Shown: piece after piece, positions 31,591 through 40,149 of the stretch
Layout: the number at the start of each line of letters is the position of its first letter
Position numbering within the stretch: the stretch's first letter is position 1
Source: Hyalangium minutum
GTDB taxonomy: Bacteria; Myxococcota; Myxococcia; Myxococcales; Myxococcaceae
Reading direction: 5' to 3'
NCBI RefSeq assembly: GCF_000737315.1
Contig: NZ_JMCB01000005.1
Span: 434,001 to 498,000 of the forward strand
DNA: 64,000 nucleotides
Position numbers and translations under genes: made by a program
Notes under the pieces: model-generated
Told to the model about the DNA's origin: nothing
The model's input: only the letters and a program-made list of their open reading frames with translations
Databases searched by the model: none

Positions 31591-33561
31591 TCACGCCTGG
31601 GCGGCGGGAGCGGCCTTGGGCTCGGCGAACACCACGAGCCCCTCGCCATGGAATCGCTGGAGCGCCTCCAGCACCGCCTGCTCCACCTTCTGGGCGGGCT
31701 GTTCGCTCCGGCGCCGTTGGCCCTCGAGCAGCTGCCCCACGGTGCGCTCGCCGTCGCACTGCTGGAGCAGCTCCGAAGTCCACGCGTTCACCCGGAAGTG
31801 GTGGCCGTAGAGGTTGGGCCGCTTGTGGAAGAGGACCGTGGCCTCGCCCCCCGTGCCCTGTCCACCCGAGAGCATCCCCGGCGGCAGGGAGTGGAAGCGC
31901 TCCACCCGGACCCACTGGCTGCGCAGCGGCACCAGCGCGCGCAGCGCCTCGGGCGAGCCGTTTCCTCGGAGGGCCGACCACATGTCAGGCCGCTCGAAGG
32001 CAGGCTGCGCCTCCTCCTCAGGGGTGAAGTGCCCCATCCACACCAGCAGCCCGGTATAGCGCGCTGCCTCCGCCACGGCCGGCTCCACCGCTCCTCCCTG
32101 GCCCGAGCCCACCCACTGGCAGAAGGCTGCCGCGTCCGCGAAGAACGTGGGAGGCACCTCCGGGTGCGCCGCCTGGAAGGCCTGGAGCATGGGCTCGGCA
32201 CGCGCCCCGAGCACCTCCACCAGCCCGGGCGCCGTGCGGCGCAGCGCTTCGCCCCGGTTCTCGGGCAGCCCCCGCTCGGCCGGGGACAGCCGCCCTGGCT
32301 GCCCTCGGTGCTTGGCGATGACGTCTTCGAAGAGCCGCGTGAACTCCCCCGCGACATCTCTTCGGGGCAGTCCCTGCACCAGCTCCAGTCCGCGCCGGCC
32401 GATCTCCCGAGCGCCCTCCGGATCCTCGATGGCCTGGCGCAGCGCCCGCGCCAGCTCGCTGTGCACGCGGGGATCCGGCACCAGCAGCACGTTCTTCCCG
32501 GGGGCCAGGTGTTCGCGGAAGGGCTGCTTGGCGGCAATCTCCCCGGAGAGCACCAGGCAGGTGCCGCAGGCGAGCACCTCCCGAGGCACCGTGGGCGCGT
32601 GGAAGGTGATGGGGAAGTCCCGCTCCAGGAAGCACACCGCGCGGCACGCCCGGATGAAGCGCGCCACCTTCCAGTGCGCTACGAAGGGCAGTACCCACGT
32701 CACCTCCGCGAGGCCCTGTTCCTCCACCGCCTTGTGCAGGGGCGCCACCCGCTTGCCCCGCGTGAGCGCCACGAGGTTGAAGCGCAGCCCCTCCTTGCGC
32801 AGCAGGGCCAGCGCGCTCAGCAAGTCATACGTGCCCTTGGTGACTCCCACCTTGCCGTAGATGCCAATCACCGGCAGCGAGGGATCCAACAGGCGCGGGT
32901 TCCGCACCAGCCCCGGGTGTTCCCGGTTCAGCTCCTCGAGGACGCCGTTGATGTCCAGCGGCTCCACCGTGGGGCTGAAGCACTCGCGGATCAGATCGGG
33001 CGGCGGCCCCCGGTAGATGTTGTCGGGGTGGACCCCCATGCCGAGAAACAGCAGGGGATTGCCTGCGCACACGCCGTTCGCGCGGCGGATGATCTCCCGG
33101 TACGTGGTGCCCAGGCCGGGCCGGGTCATCAGCCTTCCGAGATCGCTGCCGGCGTTGCGCACCAGGTAAGGCACTCCGGTCCAGTGCGAGGCCATGTTCG
33201 CGGCGACGCCGTACGGCTCGAAGTAGTAGCTGAAGATGACCTCGCAGCGGTGGCGGCGGACGACGTCGGTGGCGAGGCCCGCGAGCTTGCTGACGTAGGG
33301 GTTCGCCTGCGGCACGTGCAGGAAAGCGGAGGAGCTGCGCTCGGAGAGGTGCAGTCGCACCCGCCCCGCGCCGAAGGTGGGCTCCAGCCACGAGCGATCA
33401 TCGGCCGTGAGCATGAGCCGGTAGTCGTCCTCCACCTCGTCCGCGTTGGTGACGACGTGGACTTCATGGCCGGCCTCGGCCAGCGCGCGGCACATCCAGT
33501 AGGACTGGGCGCTCACGCCACCTTGAATGGGGGGGTATTTGATGAGGGCGCAGATACGCAC
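31591..33561 (-). CDS. GT4-type glycosyltransferase fused to C-terminal MNIO-partner/RRE-like module
   Basis: KYPPIQGGVS, GHEVHVVT, EVLACGTCLV; C-terminus aligns by eye with the MNIO C-terminus. Confidence 0.8.
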   Translation of the reverse strand: MRICALIKYPPIQGGVSAQSYWMCRALAEAGHEVHVVTNADEVEDDYRLMLTADDRSWLEPTFGAGRVRLHLSERSSSAFLHVPQANPYVSKLAGLATDVVRRHRCEVIFSYYFEPYGVAANMASHWTGVPYLVRNAGSDLGRLMTRPGLGTTYREIIRRANGVCAGNPLLFLGMGVHPDNIYRGPPPDLIRECFSPTVEPLDINGVLEELNREHPGLVRNPRLLDPSLPVIGIYGKVGVTKGTYDLLSALALLRKEGLRFNLVALTRGKRVAPLHKAVEEQGLAEVTWVLPFVAHWKVARFIRACRAVCFLERDFPITFHAPTVPREVLACGTCLVLSGEIAAKQPFREHLAPGKNVLLVPDPRVHSELARALRQAIEDPEGAREIGRRGLELVQGLPRRDVAGEFTRLFEDVIAKHRGQPGRLSPAERGLPENRGEALRRTAPGLVEVLGARAEPMLQAFQAAHPEVPPTFFADAAAFCQWVGSGQGGAVEPAVAEAARYTGLLVWMGHFTPEEEAQPAFERPDMWSALRGNGSPEALRALVPLRSQWVRVERFHSLPPGMLSGGQGTGGEATVLFHKRPNLYGHHFRVNAWTSELLQQCDGERTVGQLLEGQRRRSEQPAQKVEQAVLEALQRFHGEGLVVFAEPKAAPAAQA

Positions 33562-33595
33562 GAAGCTCTCCTGGGGAGCGCGAGGGGGGCGGCGG

Positions 33596-35356
33596 TCAGT
33601 TCGCGGGCACCGCGAGGGTGAGGGCGTTGAGCTCCATCAGGCGGCGGACCACCTCGGCGCAGCTCCGGACTTCCTGGGCGCTCGCCTCGCCCGCCGCGCC
33701 GGGTGAGAGCCGTGCGGCGATCTCCGCCGTGGTGCGGCTCCCGTCACACAGCGCGAGCAGGGCGCTCGTCCGCTCGTTGATGGCCAGGTGGCGCACGTTG
33801 CGGAAGCCGGGCGCCTTGCTGAAGAGCACGAGCGAGGGCTTGAGCGGAACCTCCTCCGTGGCCTCGCCCGCGTTGAGGCGCCGCACGAGCTCCACCACAT
33901 CGCAGCCGAACCGCTCCACGCGCACGTGGGGCCCGGAGAGGGGACGCGCGGCCGCCAGCTCTTCGACCCCTGGGGCAGCGCGGCTCTCGAAGGCGCGGCG
34001 GAACTCCAGGGCCGTCTCCACCGGAGCCACCGTCGAGCACAGCTCGAGCTGGACACGCTCGAATCGGAGGATGTCCTCCAGCGGGAAGCGCAGCTCGGGC
34101 CGCTCCTCCAACACGCGGGAGAGCAACTGGAGAAACCAGAAGCCGTCTCGCACGGTGCGGTTGACGAACTCGGGGGAATGGCGAGGGGCGTGCTCCTCGG
34201 TGAAGCGATGCGAGACGTCGTGCCAGAGCTTGTGCAGCTGCAGCCATCGGCAGCTCGCCGGAGCGGCCTTGGTGATCAGCGAGAGCCGCTTGCTGGAGAG
34301 ATCATGCGCGAAGGTGTTCAGGTGCCCTGCCCCCACCGCGAGCAGCGCCTCCACCTGCTCTGGCCCCAAGCCCAGCTCCTCTCCCACGGCAGGGGGCGCG
34401 GCGAAGAACCGCTTGCGCAGTCCGTCCTCCACCAGCAGCCGGGCCAGCGCCGTCTGGAAGACGTGCGCGTCCGTGGGCAGCGGCGTGGAGGGGCGCTCGG
34501 GCCAGGCCGGGAGCGTGCTCCGGTGGGGCGGCCGGGGAGCCGCGCGGTGCGCACGGTGGAGAATCTCCTTGGCCCGATCGATGTCCTCGAGCATCTCCTG
34601 GAACTCCTCGGGGAAGTTCTGGTCCCGCTCGATCAGGACGGCACGGACCTGGCTGCGCTCGGCCACATACTCCAGCAGCTTCCACACCTCCGGGTGCGAG
34701 TCCACGCGCTGGCTGTGGCTGTCAATCCACTGGCCACCCCGCCGCTCGCCTCCCGCCAGGTGCACCTGGACGACCCGCTCCAGCGGCAGCGCGTCCAGGA
34801 AGGCGTACGGATCGTACCGGTGGTTCTGCGAGTTGATGAAGACGTTGGCCAGATCCAGCAGCAGGCCGCAGTCCGCCTCCGTCAGCACCCGGGTGATGAA
34901 CTCCGCCTCGCCCAGCGGGCTGGGGATGGCGAACGCATAGGTGATGTTCTCCAGCAGGAAGGGCACACCGAGGATCTCCTGGACCCGGCGCGCATTGGCG
35001 GCGCATCTGCGGATCGCGGCCTCGGTGAACGGCAGCGGGGTGAGCTGGCCCAGCTCCACGTCCCCCGCCCTCGTCATGCACAGGTGGTCGCTGGAGAAGG
35101 GCGCTCGGACGGCCCGCACCAGCTCGGCCACCTCCTGGCAATACGCCTCATCCAGCGGCGCATCCGTGCCGACGGACGTCTCCAGTGCGTGGGGGATGAG
35201 CGGATGACGCTCCAGCAACGGCAGCGCTCGCTCCATGCTCTCGGGCACGGAGCGCACGTATCTGTCGGCGATCAGCTCGAACCAGTCGATGCGATCGCCG
35301 TGCTTCAGCTGCTGCTCGCGCAGCTCGGGCCGGTAGCCAATACCGACCCCGAGCAT
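33596..35356 (-). CDS. DUF692 multinuclear non-heme iron oxidase (MNIO) fused to partner/RRE-like module
   Basis: GVGIGYR, WFELIADRY, PHAL, SDHLC, LLENI, LLLDLANVFIN, QVHLAGG, IDSH, IERD; ~300-aa C-terminal extension; alternative start GTG 35419. Confidence 0.92.
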   Translation of the reverse strand: MLGVGIGYRPELREQQLKHGDRIDWFELIADRYVRSVPESMERALPLLERHPLIPHALETSVGTDAPLDEAYCQEVAELVRAVRAPFSSDHLCMTRAGDVELGQLTPLPFTEAAIRRCAANARRVQEILGVPFLLENITYAFAIPSPLGEAEFITRVLTEADCGLLLDLANVFINSQNHRYDPYAFLDALPLERVVQVHLAGGERRGGQWIDSHSQRVDSHPEVWKLLEYVAERSQVRAVLIERDQNFPEEFQEMLEDIDRAKEILHRAHRAAPRPPHRSTLPAWPERPSTPLPTDAHVFQTALARLLVEDGLRKRFFAAPPAVGEELGLGPEQVEALLAVGAGHLNTFAHDLSSKRLSLITKAAPASCRWLQLHKLWHDVSHRFTEEHAPRHSPEFVNRTVRDGFWFLQLLSRVLEERPELRFPLEDILRFERVQLELCSTVAPVETALEFRRAFESRAAPGVEELAAARPLSGPHVRVERFGCDVVELVRRLNAGEATEEVPLKPSLVLFSKAPGFRNVRHLAINERTSALLALCDGSRTTAEIAARLSPGAAGEASAQEVRSCAEVVRRLMELNALTLAVPAN

Positions 35357-35406
35357 CGGCAGCTCATCCCATCTCGACAAGGGCTCTCCCGGGTACGCGC
35401 GAGCAC

Positions 35407-35439
35407 GAGCACGCCTCACGGCCCAAGCCGGGCGTGCTC
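35407..35439. promoter_or_regulatory. Stem-loop between precursor and MNIO genes
   Basis: gagcacgcc/ggcgtgctc outer stem plus cggc/gccg inner stem. Confidence 0.55.
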
Positions 35440-35471
35440 ACTTGCGACAGGACGGTACAGGCGTGGGCGCC

Positions 35472-35666
35472 TCAGGCGCTCTGGCTGACACAGCCACAGA
35501 GGCAGCCGGTGCCGCACACACAGCTGATGCACATGCTGCCCGCGTCCGTGAACGAATACGCGGGACCACAGTCCAGCATCTCCAGCTTGAACTCTTCGGT
35601 CTCCAGCGGCTTGGCGTCGGGGGCAATGAACTTCGCGTTCTGGAGGGGCGCGCTGGGGTTTTCCAT
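35472..35666 (-). CDS. Cys-rich RiPP precursor peptide (64 aa)
   Basis: GAGGA RBS; MENPSAPLQNAKFIAPDAKPLETEEFKLEMLDCGPAYSFTDAGSMCISCVCGTGCLCGCVSQSA; directly upstream of the MNIO. Confidence 0.88.
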   Translation of the reverse strand: MENPSAPLQNAKFIAPDAKPLETEEFKLEMLDCGPAYSFTDAGSMCISCVCGTGCLCGCVSQSA

Positions 35667-35736
35667 TTTTTCCTCAGAAGTCCTAGGGGGAAGGACTGAG
35701 ATTTTTACTCTGCGTGGACTTCCTGTCAATGCGCTT

Positions 35737-36921
35737 TCACCCAGGTTTCTCCTCCGGTGCCCCCATCCGGGCGCCCGTGAGGCAAGCCACGGCCGTCCCC
35801 ACGCCATCGCGAGGCGTCAGGACGGCGGCGAGCGCACGGGCCTGGTGCCGCAGGCGCTCGTCCGTCAGCGCCTGTTGTATCGAGGCGATCAGCTGAGGGG
35901 CCTTCACGCCTCGTGCAAAGAAGGGGGCCGGAGCGATGCCCAGGCGGTAGGCGCGCTCGGCCCAGAAAGGCTGATCATACGCATGGGGCACGAGGACCTG
36001 GGGGACGCCCGCACGCGCGGCCGCCGCGAAGGTCCCCGCCCCGCCATGGTGCACCACCGCCGCGACGCGAGCGAAGAGCGGGCGATGCGCGGCATGGCCA
36101 ATGCGAAGGAGGGGGCCCTCCACCTGAGGACGAGCGGGAGCGTTCCGCCCCGCATGGAAGACAGCGCGGCACCCCACGGCCTCCACCACCTCGCGCAGGA
36201 GCTGCTCGTTGAGCGCTGGCTCGCTCCCGGCGAGGCTGCCAAAGCCGATGTAGATCGGGGGCTCGCCGGCTGCCAGGAACGCCTCCAGCTCGTCCTCGAG
36301 TGGGCGGGGATCCTCGAGCAGCAGTGCTCCCGTAGGAGGCGCCCACACCTGCACGCCCCCCAGCGAGCCCAGGAGCTCCTCATCCGCGGCGAGCAGGACC
36401 CGCTCCGGAGGAAAGGCGTAGGCGAGCAGATCCTCCACGGGCGGTAGCCCACGCCGGGCGTGGAAGTCCCGCACCGTCTGGAGCAAGACCGGGGGCACGA
36501 AGATGGAGGTGCGCCCGCGGGGCATGAAGAGCCCCGGCGCGTAGACGACCGCCAGGTAGGGCGCGCCCACCGCCGCCGCCGCGGAACGAACCGCCATCGC
36601 CATTCCCGCGCCGAGCACGAAATCCACCCCCTCCGCGAGCGCGGGCAGACACTCGAGCTGAGCCCGACACTCCTGATCGAGGAAGGCCTCGATGGTGCCC
36701 GGAGGCAGGTAGCCCGGGGCGCCCCCGGCCCGCCCGCGAAGGAACTCCTCCACATCCTGTCCCATCGGCACGAAGGGCACCTGAAAGGCGGCGGCATCGG
36801 AGGCGTAGAGCGGCCGCGCCGCGAGGATGGCCTCGTGCCCCGCCGAGCGCAGGCCCAGGGCGAGGGCCAGCATGGGCTGGAAATCTCCACGAGAGCCAGG
36901 AGCTGCGAGCAGGAACTTCAC
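35737..36921 (-). CDS. GT1-family glycosyltransferase (GtfB/sterol glycosyltransferase-like)
   Basis: GGAGG RBS then GTG 36921; GSRGDFQPM, IYIGFGS, VVHHGGAGT, YDQPFWA. Confidence 0.88.
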   Translation of the reverse strand: MKFLLAAPGSRGDFQPMLALALGLRSAGHEAILAARPLYASDAAAFQVPFVPMGQDVEEFLRGRAGGAPGYLPPGTIEAFLDQECRAQLECLPALAEGVDFVLGAGMAMAVRSAAAAVGAPYLAVVYAPGLFMPRGRTSIFVPPVLLQTVRDFHARRGLPPVEDLLAYAFPPERVLLAADEELLGSLGGVQVWAPPTGALLLEDPRPLEDELEAFLAAGEPPIYIGFGSLAGSEPALNEQLLREVVEAVGCRAVFHAGRNAPARPQVEGPLLRIGHAAHRPLFARVAAVVHHGGAGTFAAAARAGVPQVLVPHAYDQPFWAERAYRLGIAPAPFFARGVKAPQLIASIQQALTDERLRHQARALAAVLTPRDGVGTAVACLTGARMGAPEEKPG

Positions 36922-36974
36922 GGCGTCCTCCCTGGCCGGCTGGACACGGGGCGCATCCGCGACGGCCTTTTGCG

Positions 36975-37028
36975 GTGACATGTCACACGCGCAGGTTGCC
37001 ATGTCACCCGTCCAGGATGGCATGTCAG
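36975..37028. promoter_or_regulatory. Three CATGTCA direct repeats with 21-bp period; the first lies in a GTGACATGTCAC palindrome
   Basis: Copies at 36979, 37000 and 37021, upstream of the GT1 start. Confidence 0.65.
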
Positions 37029-37203
37029 CCGTGGGATATCGTGGACGCTTTGAGCGCACAGCGGCGTGGCGCAGGGCGTGGGAGGCTACGGCAGGCAGCC
37101 CACGCCACGGTCATACGTGTGCTTCTGGCAGGACACTCCGATGTCCGTATGGAGGGCAGAAAAGGAGCGGAAAATTCGGGTCAAACACTTCCTCGCGAGT
37201 TGC

Positions 37204-38346
37204 TCACGGGCGGGTTCGGAGGCCGGGACACGCGTTGCCCAGTCCCTGCACATCCGAGTCGTAGTGGATGGACAAGTCCCCAGCTGTGTCCACCCGCCGG
37301 GCGAAGAGCGAGCCGAAGAGCTCGAAGCCCGTTCCCAGGTTGAACGGGGCGAGGGGCGCGTAGAAGTGACCCACCACCCGGCTCTGCGCGGGTTCCTGGA
37401 TGGGTTGGCTCCCACCCACGTAGACGCGCAGGCGCGAGGGGAAGCGCGGTGAGTCCAGGCCGAGCCGGTTCTTCACCGCCAGGCTTCCGGAGATGAAGAG
37501 ATCCAGCTCGCCCGTCTCTTCCAGGTGGACGTCGAGGCTCTCCACGTCCACTTCCCCTTCCACGAACAACGCGGCCCGCCCGGTCACGACGAGCGCCGCC
37601 GTGCCGGAGCCTGTGATGCCGCGCAGGTAGAAGCGCCCCTTCGCCAGTTGGAGCGTGCGCGCGCCCATGAAGCCCGAGAGTGCTTCCGGGTCCACCGAGA
37701 GCAAGGCGTTGTCGTTGTCCGTGATGTGGGCGCGGACCCACGCGGCGATGTCCTCGAGCTCGCCGGCGGCGCAGGGGCAGGGAGGTGCTCGTGGGGGAAC
37801 AGGCTCTCGCCTCCGCTCGGCCACCTCGAGCGTGCCGGAGACGGAGAGGTTGCGCTCGGGGGGGAGCACCAGGGCGTCACGGACCTTCAGCTCGGCCAGC
37901 TCGATGTCGCCCGCGATCCACGCCGGTCCTTCCACTTGCACAGAGGCCAGGGGCCCGTTGAGCGGGCCCGCGCTGTACAGCGCCCCGGCGACGGACAGGG
38001 GCCGTGCCACGAGCTGGATGCCCGCAGCCGTGCCTCCCACGGAGAGGGAGCCTCCCACCTGCACCTGCTCGGTGGCGGTCAGGTCTCCGTTCGTTGCGAC
38101 TGACGCGCCGCGTCCCCCAGGCACCCAGGGGCCAGCCGAACTCTGGAAGCCATCGGTCAGGAAGGGGGCACTGGTCGTCAGGCTCTCGCAGGTACACAGG
38201 GCATTTGGGAAGACCCGGCCGGCCAGCTCTCCCCGCTCACAGGCTTCCGGTTCTGACTCGGGCAGCACCGCCACGGTGTCGCTCACGGTGCAACTGGTGC
38301 CTTCCACCAGGAGTGCCAGGAGAAGAAGTCGGTGGCTCCATCGCAT
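37204..38346 (-). CDS. Hypothetical exported/lipoprotein, beta-rich
   Basis: Signal with GTSC; beta-strand-rich; G..YAP.A..L....FG motif; divergent from ECF cluster. Confidence 0.6.
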   Translation of the reverse strand: MRWSHRLLLLALLVEGTSCTVSDTVAVLPESEPEACERGELAGRVFPNALCTCESLTTSAPFLTDGFQSSAGPWVPGGRGASVATNGDLTATEQVQVGGSLSVGGTAAGIQLVARPLSVAGALYSAGPLNGPLASVQVEGPAWIAGDIELAELKVRDALVLPPERNLSVSGTLEVAERRREPVPPRAPPCPCAAGELEDIAAWVRAHITDNDNALLSVDPEALSGFMGARTLQLAKGRFYLRGITGSGTAALVVTGRAALFVEGEVDVESLDVHLEETGELDLFISGSLAVKNRLGLDSPRFPSRLRVYVGGSQPIQEPAQSRVVGHFYAPLAPFNLGTGFELFGSLFARRVDTAGDLSIHYDSDVQGLGNACPGLRTRP

Positions 38347-38440
38347 GCATCGCTCCTTGGAAGGGCCCTCAGGACGGGCCGGTTCGGGCCCGCGCCGGAC
38401 ATGTTAGGCTCACCGCCCTTTGCGCAGCCTCCTTGCCTTC

Positions 38441-39517
38441 ATGAGCCGCCTCTTCCTCGTCTGTGTCCTTGTGGGGTGGGGGACAGCCCGAGGAGACGAG
38501 ACAAAGGCTCCTTGGATCGCAGTGCTCCGAACGTCCTCTCCGGAGGATGAGTCCCTGGCGAGCCGGGTCCAGGGGCAGCTCAGCGATCTGCCCGTGGTGC
38601 TCCGCGTGAGCCCGGGGCCGTCGCTCGGGACGAGCGACGCGGAGCAGTGGCGCAGCGCCGTGGAGCTGGCACGCAGCGAGTCCGCCCGGGTGGCCATCTG
38701 GTTCAGCCATGAGACCGAGGCCATCGTCGTCTCCATCGCGGAGCCGTCCACCCAGCACCTGTTCGTGCGGCGCATCCAGGCGGACGGGGCTGGGGGACGG
38801 TTGGGCCACTCCGCGCTGGCCGAGGCCGCGGCCCTGGCGGTGCGCTCGGCGGTGAAGGCCCTGGAGGCGGGGCACGAAGTGGGAGTGATCGTCGAGCCTC
38901 CGCCCGAACCCCCGTCGGCACCGCCTCCCGAAGCGCCACCTCCCGTGTCGCCGCCTCCCAGTCCTCCGGCTCCCAGCTCTCCCGTCCGCGAGGGAAGCTG
39001 GGTGCTGGACTTGGGGTGGCAGGCCGCCGTGGATGGGAGCAGCCCCCGAGGCCAGCAGGGGCCGCGGCTGGGCATCGCAAGGGAGGGCTCCACGTGGCGA
39101 GCGCGTGCGCAGCTCCTGGCGAGCCTCCAGGCCCAGCTCTCCGACGCGTACACCCGCGTCTCCCTGTCCCGGCATTCCGTCATCGTGGGCGCAGGGGTCT
39201 GCTCGAAGCCTACAGAGCGGCTTCGGCTGGGCGCGGACCTGGGCGTCGGCCTCTCGGGCTTCCGCCGAAGCACCGTGGCCCTGGCCTCGGAGGTCTCCGC
39301 CGTTCCTCCTCGACTGACCCTGGCCCCCTTTGTGAGCCCGGAGCTCTCGGCGCGCTGGCGAGCCGGTGCCGTGGCCCTGGAGGCCTCCATCTCGGTGGAT
39401 GTGCTGGCGGGCGTGCCGACCCTTGGCTACCAGCGGGGGGAGGAGTTCATCCCCCGGAACACCCTGTGGTGGGCGCAACCCCGGCTCGGATTGGCGATAC
39501 TCGTGGGCTCTCCATGA
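38441..39517 (+). CDS. Hypothetical exported protein with Pro-rich linker and putative beta-barrel C-terminus
   Basis: Signal peptide; PPPEPPSAPPPEAPPP linker; alternating hydrophobic strands. Confidence 0.55.
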   Translation: MSRLFLVCVLVGWGTARGDETKAPWIAVLRTSSPEDESLASRVQGQLSDLPVVLRVSPGPSLGTSDAEQWRSAVELARSESARVAIWFSHETEAIVVSIAEPSTQHLFVRRIQADGAGGRLGHSALAEAAALAVRSAVKALEAGHEVGVIVEPPPEPPSAPPPEAPPPVSPPPSPPAPSSPVREGSWVLDLGWQAAVDGSSPRGQQGPRLGIAREGSTWRARAQLLASLQAQLSDAYTRVSLSRHSVIVGAGVCSKPTERLRLGADLGVGLSGFRRSTVALASEVSAVPPRLTLAPFVSPELSARWRAGAVALEASISVDVLAGVPTLGYQRGEEFIPRNTLWWAQPRLGLAILVGSP

Positions 39518-40149
39518 ATTCTCGTGACCCGAAATCCGACGCACCGGACTCCGTGCCAGGGATGCGGGCGCTCAGAAGCGAGAACCTGGCGGTGAACACC
39601 CCTCAGCAGAGTCGCATTCAGGCCGTCATCGCGGGAGACCGGCGGGCGACGGAGTCGCTCCTAGCGGAGCTGTTGCCCCGTGTGCGCAACCTGGTGCGCT
39701 ACCTGCTGCGCGGGGATGACGTGGACGACACCGCCCAGGAGGCGCTGATCGCCATCCTGCGGGGCCTGCCGACCTGGCGCGCGGAGGGCTCCTTCAAGTC
39801 CTGGGCGGATCGGGTCGTGGTCCGGGTCGTCTTTGCCTCGCGGAGGAAGGTGCGCGCCGACCAGCGCGTGGCGGCCCTGGAGCCCGTGGAGATGGTGGCG
39901 GTGCCCTCGGACGATGTCGCACCGGATGACTACGTCTTCCGGCGGGACATGGCACGGCTGTTGGATCAGCTCTCCGACGAGCAGCGGCATGCCTTGGTGC
40001 TCCATTACGTGTTGGGGATGAGCGTGCCGGAGATGACCGAGCATCTCAGTATTCCCTTCGAGACAGTGCGCAGCCGGCTTCGCCTGGGGCGTGCCCGGCT
40101 TCGGGAACTCTATGAGCAGGAGTCGGCCAGCGCGGGAGGTAGGAAATGA
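39514..40149 (+). CDS. ECF RNA polymerase sigma factor
   Basis: DDTAQEALIAI, SFKSWADRV, LSDEQRHALVLHY, ETVRSRLRLGR; ATG 39514. Confidence 0.9.
   Translation: MNSRDPKSDAPDSVPGMRALRSENLAVNTPQQSRIQAVIAGDRRATESLLAELLPRVRNLVRYLLRGDDVDDTAQEALIAILRGLPTWRAEGSFKSWADRVVVRVVFASRRKVRADQRVAALEPVEMVAVPSDDVAPDDYVFRRDMARLLDQLSDEQRHALVLHYVLGMSVPEMTEHLSIPFETVRSRLRLGRARLRELYEQESASAGGRK

Noticed and set aside
35364-35474. Selenocysteine read-through of the precursor TGA (the downstream frame contains more Cys)
   Set aside because: The hairpin starts over 30 nt after the UGA, not at bacterial SECIS spacing; the extension looks random.
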